Source: Neocallimastix sp. 'constans'
Taxonomy: Eukaryota
NCBI GenBank assembly: GCA_050613775.1
Contig: JBODTK010000118.1
Coordinates: 248,001-312,000, forward strand
DNA length: 64,000 nucleotides
Reading direction: 5' to 3'
Below the pieces are notes generated by a model. That model was given only the letters and a program-made list of their open reading frames with translations, was not told the origin of the DNA and searched no databases. Made by a program: the position numbers and the translations under genes. This document shows positions 58,711 through 64,000 of the stretch, piece by piece. Position 1 is the first letter of the stretch, and every line of letters begins with the position of its first letter.

Positions 58711-59449
58711 AAAGATGTTACTTCTAGGTTTTATTATTTTTTTTAATTTGTTAGGAAGGAAGAATTCCCCGCATAGTACAACTTGCCGAAATACATAGTA
58801 TTTTTGAGCTCTTTTATTTTATTTTATTTTTTTTTAACTTTTATTTTTATTTTTAATTTCAAATGTTGAGAATAAATTATATATTATTCTCAAAAATAGT
58901 CAAACTTCCTTGATATGTAAACAAAAAAAAATATTAAGAACAAATTTACCTATTAATATCTAATAACTCAGATTATTTTTAAGTTATAAATATCTCAAAT
59001 TTAAACTTCAAATTCTACAGTATTATTTATTTTGAATATCTTAACAATTATTGTGTACTATGAACTCATCTCTATATTTCGGATGCTTTTTCAACATATT
59101 TTACAAGATATTTATTCATAAACTCAAAAATTGGTCAGTAAAAAAGATTGTCAGTAATTTATCTAGTTCTTTTTTTTTTTTTTTTTTTTTTGATATTATC
59201 CTTTCAATAGTTAGAAAATTTTCACTTATATATGGTTCTTATTTTATTATTAAAGTAAATGCTCTCAAAAGTAATACCTTTAAATAATTCTATGATTCGT
59301 TAAATAATGGTCTTCATTCCTCCATTAAAATTAACTATAAAGAACGTAAAGGTTAATTTTCAAATTCTAATGACCGCAAATTCAATTATAATAAAGTTAA
59401 AAAAAAAAATTAAAAAAAAAAATCAAGAGAAAAATAAAAATTTTTTTTT

Positions 59450-60100
59450 TTTGGTACGCCCAGAGAATTCTATTCATGTCATCTATATTCTAGCTCTTCT
59501 TTCTTCAATTTATGCTCTATCTGGAATATAAATGAATGGAATTCTGAAAAGAAAGATGGTGTTATGTATTTAAGTTCAGTTTTTAAATAAATAATATGGA
59601 TGATTATATTAACATTGAAAAGAAAAAAAAAAAAAAAAAAAAAAAAAAAAAGCAAAAGTTATATTAAAAGAAACACAAACGATTAGTGTTTATACCTTAC
59701 CCCAATTTCCAATTTCTGGCTTTTGAGCTTCTCTTCAAATAAAATGCTTTTGTAAAATGGAATCATATTGGTCTGATGTTGCTAAATTCCAAGGAATTAA
59801 AGATACGAATTACGATAACTTCAGTTTTATAAATACTAGAAATCTATTCAAGCTCAGCCTTGAATACCATCATTTAAGTTTAGGCTTTAACTTGATCTTA
59901 AGATTAAAATTTGGTTATAAATATAATATCACTATTTGCAATTAGAAGTGGTAGAGTTTCTGATGATTGTCCTAAATTCTGCCCTTGCTGTATAGAAAAG
60001 GTGATCAATCATTTTTTTTTTTTTTTACCACTGGATATTTGAATGCTCTACCTACCTTTTCTCTATGTCATTATGAATCTTTAGGTTTTATTGATAACCT
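59450..60100 (+). mobile_element. Degenerate LINE ORF2 C-terminal remnant (copy B)
   Basis: SLEYHHLSLGFNLILRLKFGYKYN...GRVSDDCPKFCPCC..GDQS..HWIFEC, paralogous to copy A. Confidence 0.7.
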
Positions 60101-60239
60101 TTTTCATTTTATTTTTTTAACTTTTTTTTTTTTTTTCATTTTAATACATGTAACTTATTAACTATTTAATTAATAAAGATGAATCAATTTTTGCTACCAT
60201 TAAAAAAAAAAAAAAAAAAAAAGAAAAAAAAATATTACT

Positions 60240-61040
60240 CATAGCATACATCACACCGGGGTTCTAGCTATTATGGAACATTTTGACAACACAAGGTTGA
60301 TTTTTATCCGTGGTATACATTCATGGACTAATGCTAAAATGAAGGAATTTATTTATTCTAAATGAAAAAAAAAAATCAAGAATAATATTTTATCAATAAA
60401 AAGAATTACAAAATTCAATGATAGTTTTTGAAGGATAAAAGTATACATTCCAAATTTCTACCATGAAAAATTTACAAAAATATTTGAAAAAGCAATATCA
60501 GGAGTTAAAATTTTATATTGTAGATGTTCCAAATGGAATCATAAGGTTTCTTTTCAGCATTTAAAACAAAAAATTTAATATCAAATAACGAATGCAATAA
60601 TACAAACTTAGCAAATCTCAGTTCAACTAATTTAGTAAATGTTATAAATGGCAATCATGAACTCAATGCTCCCACTATCCCTAATCGTATTTCTCAAAAT
60701 CCAAATTCACATTCTAATACAGGAAAATTTTTTCTTTTTGTCTTCGTTAGAATACCAATGGAATAAATCTTTTGAAAATATTAGTATTAATGATCATAAA
60801 AATAATAGTATCGTTATAGCCCATGGAGTAGGTGATGAAATTCAAACAAGAGTTCCTAAAGATTTACAGGGTTCAACATTCCATTTCATTGACCCTTCTT
60901 ACATTAAAAAATGAAATGTTTGTCTAGACTAAAAGAAAAATATCGAAACCTTCTTACTTTCCCTCCTTCTCAATCACTTGTGCTTATTAAAAGATAAATC
61001 ATGTTTTGTTCTAGTATCTCAAAAGGATCAACTGGGAATT
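60240..61040 (+). mobile_element. Possible degenerate LTR-retrotransposon gag/protease remnant
   Basis: Coding-like composition; decayed knuckle-like KCYKWQS*TQCSHYP and IVIAHGVG resembling a Copia protease region. Weak. Confidence 0.35.
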
Positions 61041-61093
61041 AATATTATATGTATATATAAATAAACTAGGTTATTTTATTTTTGTATAATACC

Positions 61094-61124
<31 letters not shown>

Positions 61125-62503
61125 TTTGACAGTTTTTCACTACACTAAAGAAGTGATAGAAGTAACCTTTTTTCTTATTCAATATTAAACATCAAAAGAT
61201 TTCTTTTATTTATTTATTTATTTTTTTTTTATAAAGAGGTCTCCTACTTTTTTTTTATATATATAATTTTTGAAAGTAATGTCAAAATCCCTTGATAAAT
61301 TCTAGAAAAAAAAAAAAATTTTCCAATTTCCTTAGAGACTTTGGTACAAATAACTGAGTGTCTGAAGAGACATCTTTTTTTGTTTCAGTATTTTCGATAT
61401 CTGCCTTAAGATCATTTTTTATATATTAAAAAAATTAAAAAAAAAAAAAATTAAAATTAAAATTAAAAATAAAAATAAAAATAAAAAAAAAAAAAATAAA
61501 AAAAAAAAAAAAAAAAAAATGTAATAATTTTAGAGAAGAAGGTACTGAAAGGGCCTCTAACCCTTCTCATTTCTCAAATGATTTTACTCATGACTCCTTA
61601 TGGATCAAAAGTAAGTATTACCATTCAAGCAAACAAACAAAGTAACAAAAAAAATTATTAATGGAATAAAATATAGAAAAATAAAATAAAAACATAATTA
61701 AAATTAAAAATCAAAAATAAAAATAAAAATAAAAATAAAAATAAAAATAAAAATAAAATAAAAATAAGAAAAAAAAAAAAAATAAAATTAAATAAAATTA
61801 AGTCAAAAATAAAATTATAACAATAACAATAAAATATTAAAAAATTTAAAACAAAAAAAAACAAAAAAAAAAATTATTATGCATAAATAATTTATTATTA
61901 CTTTTATTATTAATATAATTAGTATTAATATTTCTTTATCATTTTTATTTTTTATTTTATTTTATTTTTTTTTTTTTTTTTTACTTTTTTAATAATAAAT
62001 ATAATTTTATTTATAAATATATATATATATATTTCATAAAAATAACAATAAAATAATTATATATTTATTTTCTATAATATAATAAATATTTTTATATTTT
62101 TATTTTTATTTTTATTTTTATTTTTATTTATTCTAATTCAAATAAAAAGGTTTTTTTTTTTTTTTTTTCTTTTATAGTTTTTTTTTTTTATTATTTTTTT
62201 TTTTTTTTTAATATATAAATCGATTTTATTATTTAGTCTATAAATCTCTATTTTATAATTTAGTCTATAAATCTATTCTATAAGTTAAAATATCTATTTC
62301 AATTTAACAATTTTTTTTTTTTTAAATATTTAATTTATACATTTTAAAGAAATTTTTTTTTCATATTAAAACAAATTGTTATTATCTATTTTTTTTTTTT
62401 TTTTTTAAAAAAATTATTATTGATATTTTTATGTACTTGTTTATTATTATTATTTTTAATATTATTGATATCAATATATATTTGTTGATTTTTTTATTTT
62501 TTT

Positions 62504-62538
<35 letters not shown>

Positions 62539-62542
62539 TTTC

Positions 62543-64000
62543 TTAATTGTTAGTACATTTTTCTTTATTAATACCACACCAATGGTGATCTTCATATCCC
62601 CAATCACCAGCAGCATCAGTTTCATAAACATTGCAAGAGGTTTCACAGCATGAATATCCATATTTAACAGACCAACAGGTTTCTGATGAACAGGTTGATG
62701 GAATACCACACCAGTGACCTTCTTCGTATCCCCATTCTCCGTCTTCATCAGTTTCATAGACATGACATGAAGTTTGACAACAAGAATATCCTAATTTTTC
62801 TGACCAGCAATCTTTAGAAGTTTCAACAGGTTCAATAGTTTCAACAGTTTTAGAAGGAGAGGAAGTAGCTTCAACAGTAGTAGTGCCACTAGTTTCAATT
62901 TCAATATCAGCAACTGTGGTTGAAACAGTAGCGTCTTCTTTATCCTCATTTTCTTCTAAGTCATAACGATGTGGTGTATATTCATAATTTACAGGTTTAT
63001 TATTCTTTTCTGGATCAGCATTGTAAGATTCTTGCATAAAATCTTCCTTATCAAGATCAGGATAGTTATATTTTATAAAATCATCTGTATTAAAGTCGGT
63101 ACCATTAAAACCTACCTTATATTTGTTTTTGATACCCCAGAAGGAAACTTTTGGACGTGGTTCAATGAGTTCAAGTGTTTCTGGATCAATACCATAAGTA
63201 TGACAAATATACTTGAAACGACCTTCAATGAAGAATTTTAAAGATGGACTGTAAGTATAACTAGCATTGGAAATCCAATTACCATAGCTTACACCATCTT
63301 CAAAATGTGTTATATTCCAACCTGTAACAAGACCAATGGTATTAAAGCATCCCCTACAATATCCGGTTTTTTCATCAATAGAACGACTATTGGCCATATC
63401 ATCATGAATTAATTCGGCTAATTCATCAATACGGGCATTAAGAACCTTAGGGTTAAAGACTTGCTTAACTACTTCACCAATAATTCTACGGAAACGAGTA
63501 TCATCATCATGAACAAGATATTTCATTATCTTATGATCTAAATCAATATCACGGAATGCAGTATTTGGTACATACATTTCCTCATATCCTGGCATGTAAC
63601 TTCTGTCTGCGTATTGATTGTATATTAAGAATATAATGTTGCTAAAATCAGCACCAAACGTTTCATCAAAATCATTAAGAATCATGATAAAACGTCCATC
63701 TTCCTTTTTTTTATACCAGAAAAAGTTATGATTATAACCTAAGAAATGATCCCATGAAAGAGTAAGGAATTCATAAGCAATATATCTTAAAAAGTTATCA
63801 ACATCAAGTACCTTTTCAATATCTTCAACAGAGGTAGCATTATTTATGGCATTATTGAAATTTATAATTTCTTCCTTATTAGCTGCAAGTTCTTCTTTTG
63901 CATTTTGACAACTGTTAGCAAATTCATAGGTTTCAAATCTATTGTGATCCGATAAACATTCAAATAAATTATCAGTATTCTTATCATTAAAATATCTCTT
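62543..64000 (-). CDS. CotH-family kinase-like protein with two C-terminal fungal dockerins (5'-partial)
   Basis: The frame continues upstream of the tracked ATG: FLRYIAYEFLTLSWDHFLGYNHNFFWY...MILNDFDETFG (CotH-type motifs), then a T/S/E linker and 2x CWS..GYSCC..C.VYETD..G.WGYE..HWCGI. Confidence 0.9.
   Translation of the reverse strand, partial: KRYFNDKNTDNLFECLSDHNRFETYEFANSCQNAKEELAANKEEIINFNNAINNATSVEDIEKVLDVDNFLRYIAYEFLTLSWDHFLGYNHNFFWYKKKEDGRFIMILNDFDETFGADFSNIIFLIYNQYADRSYMPGYEEMYVPNTAFRDIDLDHKIMKYLVHDDDTRFRRIIGEVVKQVFNPKVLNARIDELAELIHDDMANSRSIDEKTGYCRGCFNTIGLVTGWNITHFEDGVSYGNWISNASYTYSPSLKFFIEGRFKYICHTYGIDPETLELIEPRPKVSFWGIKNKYKVGFNGTDFNTDDFIKYNYPDLDKEDFMQESYNADPEKNNKPVNYEYTPHRYDLEENEDKEDATVSTTVADIEIETSGTTTVEATSSPSKTVETIEPVETSKDCWSEKLGYSCCQTSCHVYETDEDGEWGYEEGHWCGIPSTCSSETCWSVKYGYSCCETSCNVYETDAAGDWGYEDHHWCGINKEKCTNN

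Noticed and set aside
58770..59300. Coding-like patch between the two LINE remnants
   Set aside because: Probably further TE debris, but no diagnostic motif.

Overview
Extremely AT-rich, intron-containing eukaryotic DNA, almost certainly from an anaerobic gut fungus (Neocallimastigomycota), because two genes carry non-catalytic fungal dockerin (CBM10-like) domains. Genes in order: (1) a plant-type LRR single-pass membrane protein (minus strand, runs off the left edge, absent from the ORF track); (2) an 8-exon Polo-like kinase; (3) an ~11 kb tandem array of a 4-exon gene with an N-terminal HTH-like domain and an N/S/Q/P-rich tail (two intact and two broken copies); (4) an intronless 102-aa bacterial-looking gene; (5) a second LRR receptor-like gene with one LRR per exon and a C-terminal PPxY motif; (6) a probable secreted-protein pseudogene; (7) a GH9 cellulase with two dockerins; (8) a CotH-family protein with two dockerins (runs off the right edge). 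Intergenic DNA holds degenerate Ty1/Copia, Ty3/Gypsy and LINE remnants, a young poly(A)-tailed retro-insertion with a 15-bp TSD, satellites, and several AT-centred palindromes, two of which are specific to one unit of the tandem array. Most ORFs in the supplied track are microsatellite or antisense artefacts. All calls come from manual translation and motif recognition; no database searches were run.
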